In this document: in pieces, positions 18,587-27,447 of the stretch
How the letters are laid out: each line of letters starts with the position of its first letter
Numbering within the stretch: the stretch's first letter is position 1
Source of the DNA: Gemmata obscuriglobus
Lineage (GTDB): Bacteria > Planctomycetota > Planctomycetia > Gemmatales > Gemmataceae
Direction: 5' to 3'
Length of the DNA stretch: 32,000 nt
NCBI RefSeq assembly: GCF_008065095.1
Contig: NZ_CP042911.1
Coordinates: 2,760,001 to 2,792,000 of the forward strand
Notes under the pieces: generated by a model
Databases searched by the model: none
What the model saw: only the letters and a program-made list of their open reading frames with translations
What the model was told of the DNA's origin: nothing
Translations under genes and position numbers: made by a program

Positions 18587-20008
18587 ATGCCCTTCACGCA
18601 CACCGTCCGCGGCGAGCGGTTCGTGTTCGCCGACCTGCGCGAGTTGCTCGCCAGGGCCAACGAGCCGAAGTCCGGCGACGCGCTCGCCGGGCTCGCGGCC
18701 GGGTCCGAGCGCGAGCGCGTGGCGGCGAAATGCGCGCTCGCCGACGTGCCCTTACGGCAACTGGTCGGTGAGCCGGTCGTCGATCCTGATACGGACGACG
18801 TGTCCCGACTCGTACTGGATTCGCTCGATCACAAGGCGTTCGCCCGCATCCGTTCATTGACGGTGGGGGAGTTCCGCGAATTCCTGTTGAGCGATGCGAC
18901 AACCGGCGACACGCTCCGGGAACTAAAGTGGGGGATCACACCCGAGGCGGCTGCGGCGGTCGCCAAGTTGATGGGCAACAAGGAACTCGTGTACGCGGCG
19001 GCGAAGGTGCGCAACGTGACCCGGTGCCGCAACACGCTGGGCCAGCGGGGCGTGTTCGGGGTGCGGGTGCAGCCCAACCACCCCACGGACGACCTCGCCG
19101 GCATCCTCGTGAGCGCGCTCGACGGGCTCGCTTACGGGTGCGGCGACGCCGTCATCGGGGTGAACCCCGCGACCGACTCGGTCGAAACGGTCGGCGCGAT
19201 CCTCCGCCTGCTCGACCGGCTCATCACCGAACTCGGCGCGCCGACGCAGGCGTGCTGCCTGGCGCACATCACGACCCAGCTCGCGGCACTCGAACGCGGC
19301 GCGCCGGTCGATCTGCTGTTCCAGTCGGTCGCGGGGACGCAAGCCGCTAACGCCAGCTTCGGCGTTACGCTGGCGATGCTGAAAGAGGGCCGGGAGCGGG
19401 TGCTGGCGTCGCACCGGGCGCGGCCGGTGACCTGGGCCGGCGATCAGGTGATGTACTTCGAGACGGGGCAGGGGAGCGCCCTATCGGCCGAGGCGCATCA
19501 CGGCGTCGATCAGCTCACGCTCGAAGCGCGGGCGCAGGCGGTGGCCCGGGCGTTCGACCCGTTCCTGGTGAACACGGTGGTCGGGTTCATCGGCCCGGAG
19601 TACCTCGCGGACGAGCGGCAGATCACGCGGGCGGGGCTCGAAGACCACTTCGTCGGAAAACTGCTCGGCCTGCCGATGGGCGTGGACGTGTGTTACACCA
19701 ACCACGCGGACGCGGACCAGAACTCGGCCGACAACCTCTTGCTGCTGCTGGCCGCGGCCGGGTGCAACTACGTCATGGGCGTGCCGTGTGCCGACGACGT
19801 GATGCTCAACTACCAGTCCACCAGCTACCACGACGCCGCGACCGTGCGCGACCTGTTCGGGCTGGCACCGGCCCCCGAGTTCCGGGACTGGCTCGAAGCG
19901 AATGGGATCACCCGGGCGGGTAAGCTCACGAGTGCCGAGCGCCCGGCGCTGCTTGGGACGGCCGCGAAGGTTCTTGCTGCCACGAATTCGGATGAGAGGT
20001 ACGCATGA
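18587..20008 (+). CDS. eutB: ethanolamine ammonia-lyase large subunit
   Basis: MPFTHTVRGERFVFADLRELLARANEPKSGDALAGLAAGSERERVAAKCALADVPL and the rest is colinear with EutB (473 aa). The true start is ATG 18587, not the track's GTG 18341. Confidence 0.9.
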   Translation: MPFTHTVRGERFVFADLRELLARANEPKSGDALAGLAAGSERERVAAKCALADVPLRQLVGEPVVDPDTDDVSRLVLDSLDHKAFARIRSLTVGEFREFLLSDATTGDTLRELKWGITPEAAAAVAKLMGNKELVYAAAKVRNVTRCRNTLGQRGVFGVRVQPNHPTDDLAGILVSALDGLAYGCGDAVIGVNPATDSVETVGAILRLLDRLITELGAPTQACCLAHITTQLAALERGAPVDLLFQSVAGTQAANASFGVTLAMLKEGRERVLASHRARPVTWAGDQVMYFETGQGSALSAEAHHGVDQLTLEARAQAVARAFDPFLVNTVVGFIGPEYLADERQITRAGLEDHFVGKLLGLPMGVDVCYTNHADADQNSADNLLLLLAAAGCNYVMGVPCADDVMLNYQSTSYHDAATVRDLFGLAPAPEFRDWLEANGITRAGKLTSAERPALLGTAAKVLAATNSDERYA

Positions 20009-21531
20009 GCGCCCCCGGAGCCGAGCCCGACGACGTTCGCACCCTGCACAAGCTCGGGTACGCGCAGGAACTGGCGCGGGTGCTCGGCGGGTTCTCGAAC
20101 TTCGCCATCTCGCTGTCGATCATCTGCATCCTGGCGGGCGGGGTGACCTCGTTCCACGTCGGGTTCTGTTCGGTCGGCGGCGCCGCCATCGGGATCGGGT
20201 GGCCGCTGGCGGGACTGTTCGCGCTGTGCGTTGCGGCCACGATGGGGCAAATCGCGTCCGCGTTCCCGACCGCCGGCGGGCTTTATCACTGGGCCGCGAC
20301 GCTCGGCGGGCGCGGGTGGGGGTGGGCGACCGCGTGGTTCAACCTCGCGGGGCTCGTTGCGGTGCTGGCGGCGATTAACGTGGGCACGTTCCGGTTCGTG
20401 ATGGGCGCGTTCGCCCCGGACGTAAAGCCGACGGCCGAACTCCAGTTCGTGGCGGTGGCGCTGATTACGGCGTCGCACGCGGTCATCAACCACCTGGGCA
20501 TTCGGGTGACACGGGTGCTGACCGACTTCAGCGGGTACTGGATTCTGTTCGTCGCGGCGGTGGTGACGGTCGCGCTTGTCGCGGCCGCACCGGGGTACGA
20601 TTTTTCGCGCCTGTGGACGTTCACCAACTTCAGCGGGCTGCCGGGCGAGGGTGACCCCGTATGGCCGCGGACCGAGTCACTCGCGTGGCTGTTCGCGCTC
20701 GGGCTGCTGCTGCCCGCGTACACGATCACCGGCTTTGACGCCTCGGCGCACGTGTCCGAAGAGACGACCGACGCGGCCCGAAACGTGCCGCGCGGGATCG
20801 TCCGGTCGGTGTGGGTGTCCGCCCTGTTCGGCTGGCTGATGCTGTGCGCGGCGGTGCTCGCGATGCGCGACCCCGCTGCGGTCGCGGAGAAGGGGGACAC
20901 CGCGTTCGTGTTCACCATGGCCGACGTGCTGCCGCAGTGGTTTGCGCTGGTGCTGTGCGGCGGGATCGGAATCGCGCAGTACCTGTGCGGGCTGGCGACG
21001 GTGACATCGGCGTCGCGGATGGCGTTCGCGTTCGCGCGGGACGGCGGGGTGCCGCTGTCGCGGTGGGTGCGGTACGTGTCGCCGCGGTTCCGCACGCCGC
21101 CGGTCGCGGTGTGGCTGGTCGCGACCGCCGCGGTGCTTTTCACGGCTTACGCCGAAGCCTACGCGACGATCGCCGCCGCCGCCGCGGTGCTGCTCTACAT
21201 CTCCTACGTGCTACCGACCGCGCTGGGCGTACGTGCCTACGGGCGAACGTGGACGCAGATGGGGCCGTGGAGCCTCGGGCGGTGGTTCCGGCCGCTCGCG
21301 GCGGTGAGTGTGGTCGGGTGTATCGGCCTCGTGGTGGTCGGGGTTCAGCCCCCGGCCGAGAAGGCGCTCTACGCGGTCGGTGCGATGAGCCTGGCGCTGC
21401 TGGTCGGGTGGTTCGCGGTCGCGCGGCACACGTTCCCCGGGCCGCCGCAGGGGCTCATGAGCCGCGAACAACTGGACGCGATTGTGGCGGCCGAGACCGC
21501 CGTTCACGAGCGCGAGGAGCCGAAGGCGTGA
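20005..21531 (+). CDS. APC-superfamily amino acid / ethanolamine permease
   Basis: About 12 predicted TM segments. GGFSNFAISLSIICILAGG and AFPTAGGLYHWA are AA_permease_2-type motifs. Its start overlaps the eutB stop (ATGA) and its stop overlaps the eutC start (GTGA). Confidence 0.85.
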   Translation: MSAPGAEPDDVRTLHKLGYAQELARVLGGFSNFAISLSIICILAGGVTSFHVGFCSVGGAAIGIGWPLAGLFALCVAATMGQIASAFPTAGGLYHWAATLGGRGWGWATAWFNLAGLVAVLAAINVGTFRFVMGAFAPDVKPTAELQFVAVALITASHAVINHLGIRVTRVLTDFSGYWILFVAAVVTVALVAAAPGYDFSRLWTFTNFSGLPGEGDPVWPRTESLAWLFALGLLLPAYTITGFDASAHVSEETTDAARNVPRGIVRSVWVSALFGWLMLCAAVLAMRDPAAVAEKGDTAFVFTMADVLPQWFALVLCGGIGIAQYLCGLATVTSASRMAFAFARDGGVPLSRWVRYVSPRFRTPPVAVWLVATAAVLFTAYAEAYATIAAAAAVLLYISYVLPTALGVRAYGRTWTQMGPWSLGRWFRPLAAVSVVGCIGLVVVGVQPPAEKALYAVGAMSLALLVGWFAVARHTFPGPPQGLMSREQLDAIVAAETAVHEREEPKA

Positions 21532-22289
21532 GCGACCAACTCCCGGTTCCGCTCGATCCCGTCGAGGCCGCACTGGCCCAGACCCCGGCCCGGGTGCTGG
21601 CGGGCCGCGCCGGGCCGGCGTACCGCACGGCGACGCTACTGAAGTTGCGCGAGGACCACGCGGCCGCGCGCGACGCCGTTCACGCCGAGGTCGATCTGGT
21701 GCGCGACTTCGGCGCGGAACTGGTCGCCCGGCTCCAGTTGTTCGCGGTACAGACGCAGGCCGCCTCCAAAGCGGAGTACCTGCGCCGGCCCGATCTGGGG
21801 CGGAAGCTGTCCGAAGCGGCCCGTGACGTGATCCGGGCGCAGTGCCCGGCCGGGTGCGACGTTCAGGTCGTGGTCGGCGACGGGTTATCGGCAACCGCCG
21901 TTGCGGTTCAAGTGCCGGCGCTCCTGGCGCTCCTTCAGGACGGCGCCGCGGCGCGCGGGTGGTCGTTCGGCCGGCCGTTTTTCGTTCGGCATTGTCGGGT
22001 TGGCGTGATGAACGATGTCGGCGCGCTGCTGTCACCGGCAGTGGTGGTGCTGCTGGTCGGCGAGCGGCCCGGTCTGGCGACCGCGGAAAGCCTGTCGGCG
22101 TATCTGGCGTTCCGCCCGCGCCCCGGGCACACCGACGCCGACCGCAACCTGATCTCGAACATCCACGGCCGTGGTGTCGGCCCGGCCGACGCGGTCGCGC
22201 GCGTGTTCGCGCTGGCCGAGCAGTTCCGCGCGGCCGGGCGCAGCGGGGTCGGCATCACCGAGGGGGCGGCTCCGCAACTGGACGGGTGA
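21528..22289 (+). CDS. eutC: ethanolamine ammonia-lyase small subunit
   Basis: In-frame GTG at 21528 inside track ORF 20811..22289. ARVLAGRAGPAYRTATLLKLREDHAAARDAV .. VVVGDGLSATAV .. VVLLVGERPGL are EutC-like. 253 aa. Confidence 0.85.
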   Translation: MSDQLPVPLDPVEAALAQTPARVLAGRAGPAYRTATLLKLREDHAAARDAVHAEVDLVRDFGAELVARLQLFAVQTQAASKAEYLRRPDLGRKLSEAARDVIRAQCPAGCDVQVVVGDGLSATAVAVQVPALLALLQDGAAARGWSFGRPFFVRHCRVGVMNDVGALLSPAVVVLLVGERPGLATAESLSAYLAFRPRPGHTDADRNLISNIHGRGVGPADAVARVFALAEQFRAAGRSGVGITEGAAPQLDG

Positions 22290-22468
22290 TGCCGAATCCA
22301 TGCCGGACGGCGGCTCGTGCCATCGGTACCGTAGGGACCGTTGTGCGGCCGGGCGGTGATGGTGTACCGGCGGCCCTGGCCCCACGGCTCGCGTGCATCC
22401 GATCGCAGGGCCGTGGGCGGCCGGTCCAAGGCTGGAGTTTGCCAGTAACGTTGGGCTGTTCGCTGCCG

Positions 22469-22741
22469 TTCGCTACCCACGGGCTACCCGCGATGACACA
22501 CCGCAGCAGCCCGCCGGGGCGGGGAACTGGCAGTTCGCTACCCGCCCGCTCCCCTCGAACGGCCCCGTTTCAGCCATCGGGGGCGGGCGGTGCGGCTCTC
22601 TGGTGGGTGTAACGGGGGTTACAGCAGGCCGGGGGGTGTGTACAGAGGTTGCAGCGAACGCCATGGGGTGCCGACTGGACATTCGCGGGCGGAAAAGTGG
22701 CGATTCGCTACCGATTCGCTCCCCGCTCGCTACCCGCGAAT
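22469..22741 (+). repeat. array of at least 6 copies of a (g/a)TTCGCT(a/g/c)CC(C) decamer motif in a 670-nt non-coding spacer
   Basis: Copies are at 22469..22477, 22479..22491, 22534..22545, 22702..22712, 22713..22724 and 22725..22741. All are on the same strand and none lies in a plausible ORF. Confidence 0.6.
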
Positions 22742-22959
22742 CATCCGCATAATCCGCAGATGCGATTCGGGCAGTGGGGCGCGATGTCGTTCCAGCGGTG
22801 CCAGTGCCGGGTTTGTAACGTCATGCGAAATAGTAGTTTGTGTAGAATTAATGGCCGCGCCCGGTCCAGTTGTACGATTCCGATTGGCTGGGGCGGACTC
22901 ACGTGGCGGCTCGGGGAACCGCCGGAATTGGGCGGAAATCCTGTGTTGAAGGGTCCGTC

Positions 22960-23859
22960 TCACGTGCGAGCCGTGCTTTGTGACCGGACTGCATCGACAT
23001 CGGCCCGGGGCGGGGCGCCGTATAGGCGCCGGTATTCTCGGCTGAACTGCGACGGGCTCTCGTACCCGACCCGGTACGCCGCGGCTGCCGCATCAAGGCC
23101 GTCGCCGAGCATGAGACGCCGGGCCTCCTGGAGCCGGAGTCGCTTCTGGTACTGGAGCGGGCTGAGCGCGGTCACCGTTTTGAAGTGGTGGTGGAACGCC
23201 GACGGGCTCATCCGCACCTGCCGCGCCAGGGCCTCGACGCGGAGCGGTTTGGCGAAGTGGTCCATCAACCAGCGGATCGCTCGGGCGATCCGCTGGGCTG
23301 GCGCCCCGACGGCGACGATCTGCCGCAACCGGTTGCCCTGCGGACCGGTCAGCAGCCGGTAGGTGATTTCGCGCAGCACCAGTGGTGCGAGCGGGGGAAC
23401 GTGGCGCGGGTCGTCCAAGAGCCCGACCAGGCGCGTGACCGCGTCGAGCAGCGGCGGCTCCATGGGGCTCACCGCCAGCCCCCGCGCCGGGGCGGCTTGT
23501 GCGTCGGTATTCGCCCCGTCGGCGACCAGTTCCCCGACCACGCCGGGGTCGAGCGAGAGGCGCAAGGCGAGGTACGGTTCTTCCGGCGAGGCGACCGTTA
23601 CGCACCCCGCGACCGGCAGGTCGACGGACACGAGTAAGAAGTGCGCCGGGTCGTACCGGTGGACCTCGTCGGCCAGGTGGACCTCTTTGCTCCCCTGTGC
23701 GATCAGACACAGGGACGGCTCGTACAGCGACGCCACCAGCTCGGACCGCGTGGAGGAGCGGAACAAGGTGAGCCCGGTCACGTCCGTGGGGTGAATGCCG
23801 TCGAGCCCGGTGAACCGCTCGATCAGGCGGGCCAGGTCCGACACCTTCGGTTCGATCAC
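22960..23859 (-). CDS. AraC family transcriptional regulator (AraC_N-type ligand domain plus HTH_18)
   Basis: C-terminal RIARAIRWLMDHFAKPLRVEALARQVRMSPSAFHHHFKTVTALSPLQYQKRLRLQEARRLM .. VGYESPSQFSREYRRLYG. GTG 23859 with a GAGGG SD is preferred over the track start at 23964. Confidence 0.85.
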   Translation of the reverse strand: MIEPKVSDLARLIERFTGLDGIHPTDVTGLTLFRSSTRSELVASLYEPSLCLIAQGSKEVHLADEVHRYDPAHFLLVSVDLPVAGCVTVASPEEPYLALRLSLDPGVVGELVADGANTDAQAAPARGLAVSPMEPPLLDAVTRLVGLLDDPRHVPPLAPLVLREITYRLLTGPQGNRLRQIVAVGAPAQRIARAIRWLMDHFAKPLRVEALARQVRMSPSAFHHHFKTVTALSPLQYQKRLRLQEARRLMLGDGLDAAAAAYRVGYESPSQFSREYRRLYGAPPRADVDAVRSQSTART

Positions 23860-23937
23860 GGGTGGCCCTCGCGATTCTGCGTTCGGTATCAGTTTACGGC
23901 CTGAGTGTGTTACGGAGCTGGGCTGGCGTTCGGTTCG

Positions 23938-24056
23938 GTGCAGGATCGGGCAAGGATCGGCCACGATCAGGTTACCGCCGGCCGCGACACCGGCTTACTA
24001 TGCTTCTTGTCGGGCGGGTCGGTTGGTTACCGGAGCGAAACCGGTGTGCAGGATCG
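23938..24056. promoter_or_regulatory. direct repeats in the araC-type / yahK divergent promoter region (operator candidates)
   Basis: gtgcaggatcg occurs at 23938..23948 and 24046..24056. aggatcg also occurs at 23953. ggttaccg occurs at 23970 and 24025. Confidence 0.25.
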
Positions 24057-24134
24057 AACAACACCGGGTCCCTCGACGGTATCCCAACCGTTCTTCCGCC
24101 CCGACGCCTGTAAACTTCAAAGGAGCCGGTCACC

Positions 24135-25190
24135 GTGAGCACACGCGCCTACGCCGCTCAGAACGCGAAAAGTCCGCTCGGGCCGTTCACCTGCAAGCGC
24201 CGCGACCCGCTCGCAACCGATGTCGAAATCGACATCCTGTACTGCGGGGTTTGCCACTCGGACCTGCACCAGGCCCGCGACGAATGGCACGACTTCGCTC
24301 CGACCGCATACCCGTGCGTTCCGGGCCACGAGATCGTCGGCCGGGTGTCGAAGGTCGGCAAGGACGTGACCAAGTTCAAGGTCGGCGACCTCGCCGCCGT
24401 CGGGTGCATGGTCGATTCGTGCCGCACTTGCTCAAGCTGCGCGAAGGGGCTCGAACAGTACTGCACGAGCTTCCCGACGCTCACCTACAACGGCCAGGAC
24501 AAGATCTCCGGTGGCGTCACCTACGGCGGGTACTCCGAGCGGATCGTGGTGGATGAAGCCTTCAGCCTGAAGGTGTCCGACAAGTTGAACCTGGCAGCGA
24601 CCGCGCCGCTGCTGTGCGCCGGGATCACCACCTACTCGCCGTTGAAGCACTGGGGCGCTGGCCCCGGGAAGAAGGTTGGGATCGTGGGCCTCGGCGGGTT
24701 GGGGCACATGGGGGTGAAGTTCGCTCGGGCGCTGGGCGCGCACGTCGTGCTGTTCACGACATCGCCGGGCAAAATCGAGGACGGCAAGCGGCTCGGGGCG
24801 CACGAAGTGGTGGTGTCGAAGAACGCCGACGAGATGAAGACGCACGCGTCGAGCTTCGATTTCGTTCTTGATGCCGTGTCGGCCGAGCACGACATCAACG
24901 CCTACCTCTCGCTGTTGAAACTGGACGGCACGCTGTGTCTCGTGGGTGCCCCGGAGAAACCGCTGCCGGTTGCCGCGTTCAACCTGCTCATGCCGCGGCG
25001 CAGCTTCGCGGGTTCCGGCATCGGCGGGATCGCGGAAACGCAAGAGATGCTCGATTTCTGCGCCGAACGCGGGATCACCAGCGATGTGGAGGTGATCCCG
25101 ATTCAGAAGATCAACGAGGCGTACGACCGCCTCCTGAAAGGGGACGTGAAGTACCGGTTCGTGATCGACATGGCGTCGCTAAAGGCGTGA
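24135..25190 (+). CDS. yahK: NADP-dependent zinc alcohol dehydrogenase, YahK / cinnamyl-alcohol-dehydrogenase type
   Basis: YCGVCHSDLHQARDEW..YPCVPGHEIVGRV, GCMVDSCRTCSSCAKGLEQYC, LLCAGITTYSPLKHWGAGPGKKVGIVGLGGLGHMGVKFA, ETQEMLDFCAERGI and GDVKYRFVIDM are nearly colinear with E. coli YahK. GTG start with AAGGAG upstream. Confidence 0.9.
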   Translation: MSTRAYAAQNAKSPLGPFTCKRRDPLATDVEIDILYCGVCHSDLHQARDEWHDFAPTAYPCVPGHEIVGRVSKVGKDVTKFKVGDLAAVGCMVDSCRTCSSCAKGLEQYCTSFPTLTYNGQDKISGGVTYGGYSERIVVDEAFSLKVSDKLNLAATAPLLCAGITTYSPLKHWGAGPGKKVGIVGLGGLGHMGVKFARALGAHVVLFTTSPGKIEDGKRLGAHEVVVSKNADEMKTHASSFDFVLDAVSAEHDINAYLSLLKLDGTLCLVGAPEKPLPVAAFNLLMPRRSFAGSGIGGIAETQEMLDFCAERGITSDVEVIPIQKINEAYDRLLKGDVKYRFVIDMASLKA

Positions 25191-25445
25191 CCGCAGATCG
25201 GCCCGGGCGGGAGCGCGGGCCGGACTGTTAGACGTGTGCGGTTTCTGGGGTAACTCTTCGGACGAAAGGTCTGTGGGCGCCGGCCGGTTGCGGCTCGCGC
25301 AACGTCTGCGATGGTGTGTCGAAGAAAAGATCGAGAATTTTGACCCCCGATTTCGCGCGGCGACCATCTTATTTGAATCGTCGCGGAGTCTCCGCGCATG
25401 CGGGCGGACGCGCCGAGCTGGGTATGCCCACGGTCGGGCCACAAT

Positions 25446-27341
25446 ATGGCGGTGGAACGCTTGACCGAAACCGCGGAAGCGGCAGATGATGCGCTGTCCG
25501 ACCGTGAACTGCTCCGGCGGTTCCGGGCCGGTCACGAATCGGCGTTCGCGGCGCTGTTGAGGCGCCACGGGACGATGGTGTTGCGCGTCTGCCGACGTGT
25601 ATTGGAACGGCCCGAAGACGCCGAAGACGCTTTTCAAGCCACATTCTTGGTCCTTGCCCGAAAAGCGGGCGAAGTTGCTTGGCACGAATCGATCGGGACG
25701 TGGTTGCATTCCGCTGCCCATCGGCTGTCGTGTGAAGCCCGGCGGGCGGCCGTTCGTCGCCACACCCGCGAGTCCCGCCGCACGTTTCCGACCCCGCCGA
25801 CCGAAGGCGACGCGCTCGCCGAGGTGAGCAGCCGCGAATTGCTGGCCATTTTGGATGAGGAACTCGCCGCCCTGCCCGAAGAGAACCGCGGGCCGCTGAT
25901 TTTGTGCTGTATGGAGGGCATGAGCGGTGACGAGGCGGCCCGGCACCTGGGGTGCTCGGAGAGCACACTGAAGCGCCGATTGCGTCACGCCCGTGAGTTG
26001 CTTCAAGAGCGGCTTTCGCGGCGCGGGATCGCGCTGCCGGCCGCCGGTTTTCTTGCGCTGCTTGCAGCCGGCACCGCCGCCGCCGGCCTGCCCCCGGGGC
26101 TCGCCGCGGCTACGACCCAAGCCGCGCTGGCCGTGGGCGCTGGAACGGCTTTGGTTCCCGGTGTCGTGTCGGCCCGTGCGCTGGAACTCACGCGGCATCT
26201 GCTTCCGGCCGTTTCGGCCAAGGTGAAACTGGCAATCGGGCTTCTTGTAGTGAGCGGTCTGGCTGCGGTGATTGCCTTGGCCGGGTTGGACCGTAACCGC
26301 CCACACCCCGAACCCCCTCTGCCGCCTCTCGTGGTGACTACGGGCGCTTTGCCTGCCCCGGGGGTCGGCGTCACTGTCGAAACGACGCTCCGCACGCGGG
26401 GCGATTCGATCCGTCAGTTCGCTTTTGACGGTAAGCCGGACACGTTCTTCGCGTCGGTCGAAAACGCCGGCGCCGCGGATCACTTCACCCTGGTGTTCGA
26501 TCGGCCGGTAGCGGTGACATCGGTTGAGGCGCACACCGGATCGCCCAACGAGCCCGAGTGCCTGACATCCGGCTGGCTGGACGTTTCTCCGGACGGCGCC
26601 GTGTTCGAACCGCTGACGGCGTTTGCGAACGGAGTGGCGCGTGGCGACGCAAAGGGGCGACACGTGCGGGCCGTTCGCATCCGCCCGGGGGAACGGCCGC
26701 ACCGACTTCTGGTGCGAGAGGTGCAAATACGCTCCGAGCCGCCGCTCGCGATTTTTCGTCACCCGGTCGAGTTCGCGGTCGATGCGAGCCACGCGCCGGA
26801 GATGACCGCATGGGCCGAGCGGGCGGCTCGGGTGTGCGAACGGGCCTACCCGATGGTTTGCGACGAACTGGCGGCCGACGGGTTCCGCCCGCCGCACCGA
26901 GTTCCGCTCTTGGTGCGCCGAGACGCCCGGGCGCTCTCCGCTGCGACCGCTGGGCGGGTAATCGCGTCCGCTGGGTACTTTGAAGCGAACCCGAACGACG
27001 TCGGCGCGCTGATCCACTCGACCTCGCTTGTGGTGCAGGATTACAGGGCGAGGGCGGTGCCGACTTGGCTGGTTCAAGGGATCGCCGATTACGTGCGGTT
27101 CTTCAAGTTCGAGCCGGGCGTACTGACGCCTCTCGACCCCGATATCGCCCGCCACGATGGCGATTCGCAGCAGACGGCGGCGTTCCTCGCATACCTCGTT
27201 GCGACATACGACCCGGCTCTTGTGCGCCGGTTGAACGCTGCGCTGCGTGACGGTCAATACACTGACGCCATGTGGGCTGAGTTGACTGGCAAACCGCTCA
27301 GCAAATTGAGCGACGACTGGCGCGGCACGCTGCGCCGCTGA
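25446..27341 (+). CDS. ECF sigma-70 factor fused to a TM segment, a discoidin-like module and a degenerate BSP (PF04450-like) peptidase domain
   Basis: Region 2 ([18 protein letters not shown]) and region 4 ([36 protein letters not shown]). TM segment [23 protein letters not shown]-terminus [51 protein letters not shown] 25446 is preferred over the track start at 25398. Confidence 0.8.
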   Translation: MAVERLTETAEAADDALSDRELLRRFRAGHESAFAALLRRHGTMVLRVCRRVLERPEDAEDAFQATFLVLARKAGEVAWHESIGTWLHSAAHRLSCEARRAAVRRHTRESRRTFPTPPTEGDALAEVSSRELLAILDEELAALPEENRGPLILCCMEGMSGDEAARHLGCSESTLKRRLRHARELLQERLSRRGIALPAAGFLALLAAGTAAAGLPPGLAAATTQAALAVGAGTALVPGVVSARALELTRHLLPAVSAKVKLAIGLLVVSGLAAVIALAGLDRNRPHPEPPLPPLVVTTGALPAPGVGVTVETTLRTRGDSIRQFAFDGKPDTFFASVENAGAADHFTLVFDRPVAVTSVEAHTGSPNEPECLTSGWLDVSPDGAVFEPLTAFANGVARGDAKGRHVRAVRIRPGERPHRLLVREVQIRSEPPLAIFRHPVEFAVDASHAPEMTAWAERAARVCERAYPMVCDELAADGFRPPHRVPLLVRRDARALSAATAGRVIASAGYFEANPNDVGALIHSTSLVVQDYRARAVPTWLVQGIADYVRFFKFEPGVLTPLDPDIARHDGDSQQTAAFLAYLVATYDPALVRRLNAALRDGQYTDAMWAELTGKPLSKLSDDWRGTLRR

Positions 27342-27397
27342 TCGTGTCCACGCCGCCCGACTTTGTGCATCGCTGCCGGCCGCGGCGTTCATCACGC

Positions 27398-27426
27398 AAA
27401 ACCCTCTCCGGCTCTTGCGACGTTCA
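27398..27426 (+). promoter_or_regulatory. weak ECF-type promoter candidate (AAAACC-N17-CGTTCA) upstream of the DUF1559 gene
   Basis: aaaacc at 27398..27403 and cgttca at 27421..27426. cgttcatc is also present at 27386..27393. This is pattern matching only. Confidence 0.15.
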
Positions 27427-27447
27427 TCCTGTAACGGAGACATTCTC

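Noticed and set aside
20811-21527. N-terminal 239 codons of ORF 20811..22289
   Set aside because: This stretch overlaps the permease gene out of frame and has a low-complexity translation. EutC similarity starts at the GTG at 21528, which overlaps the permease stop.
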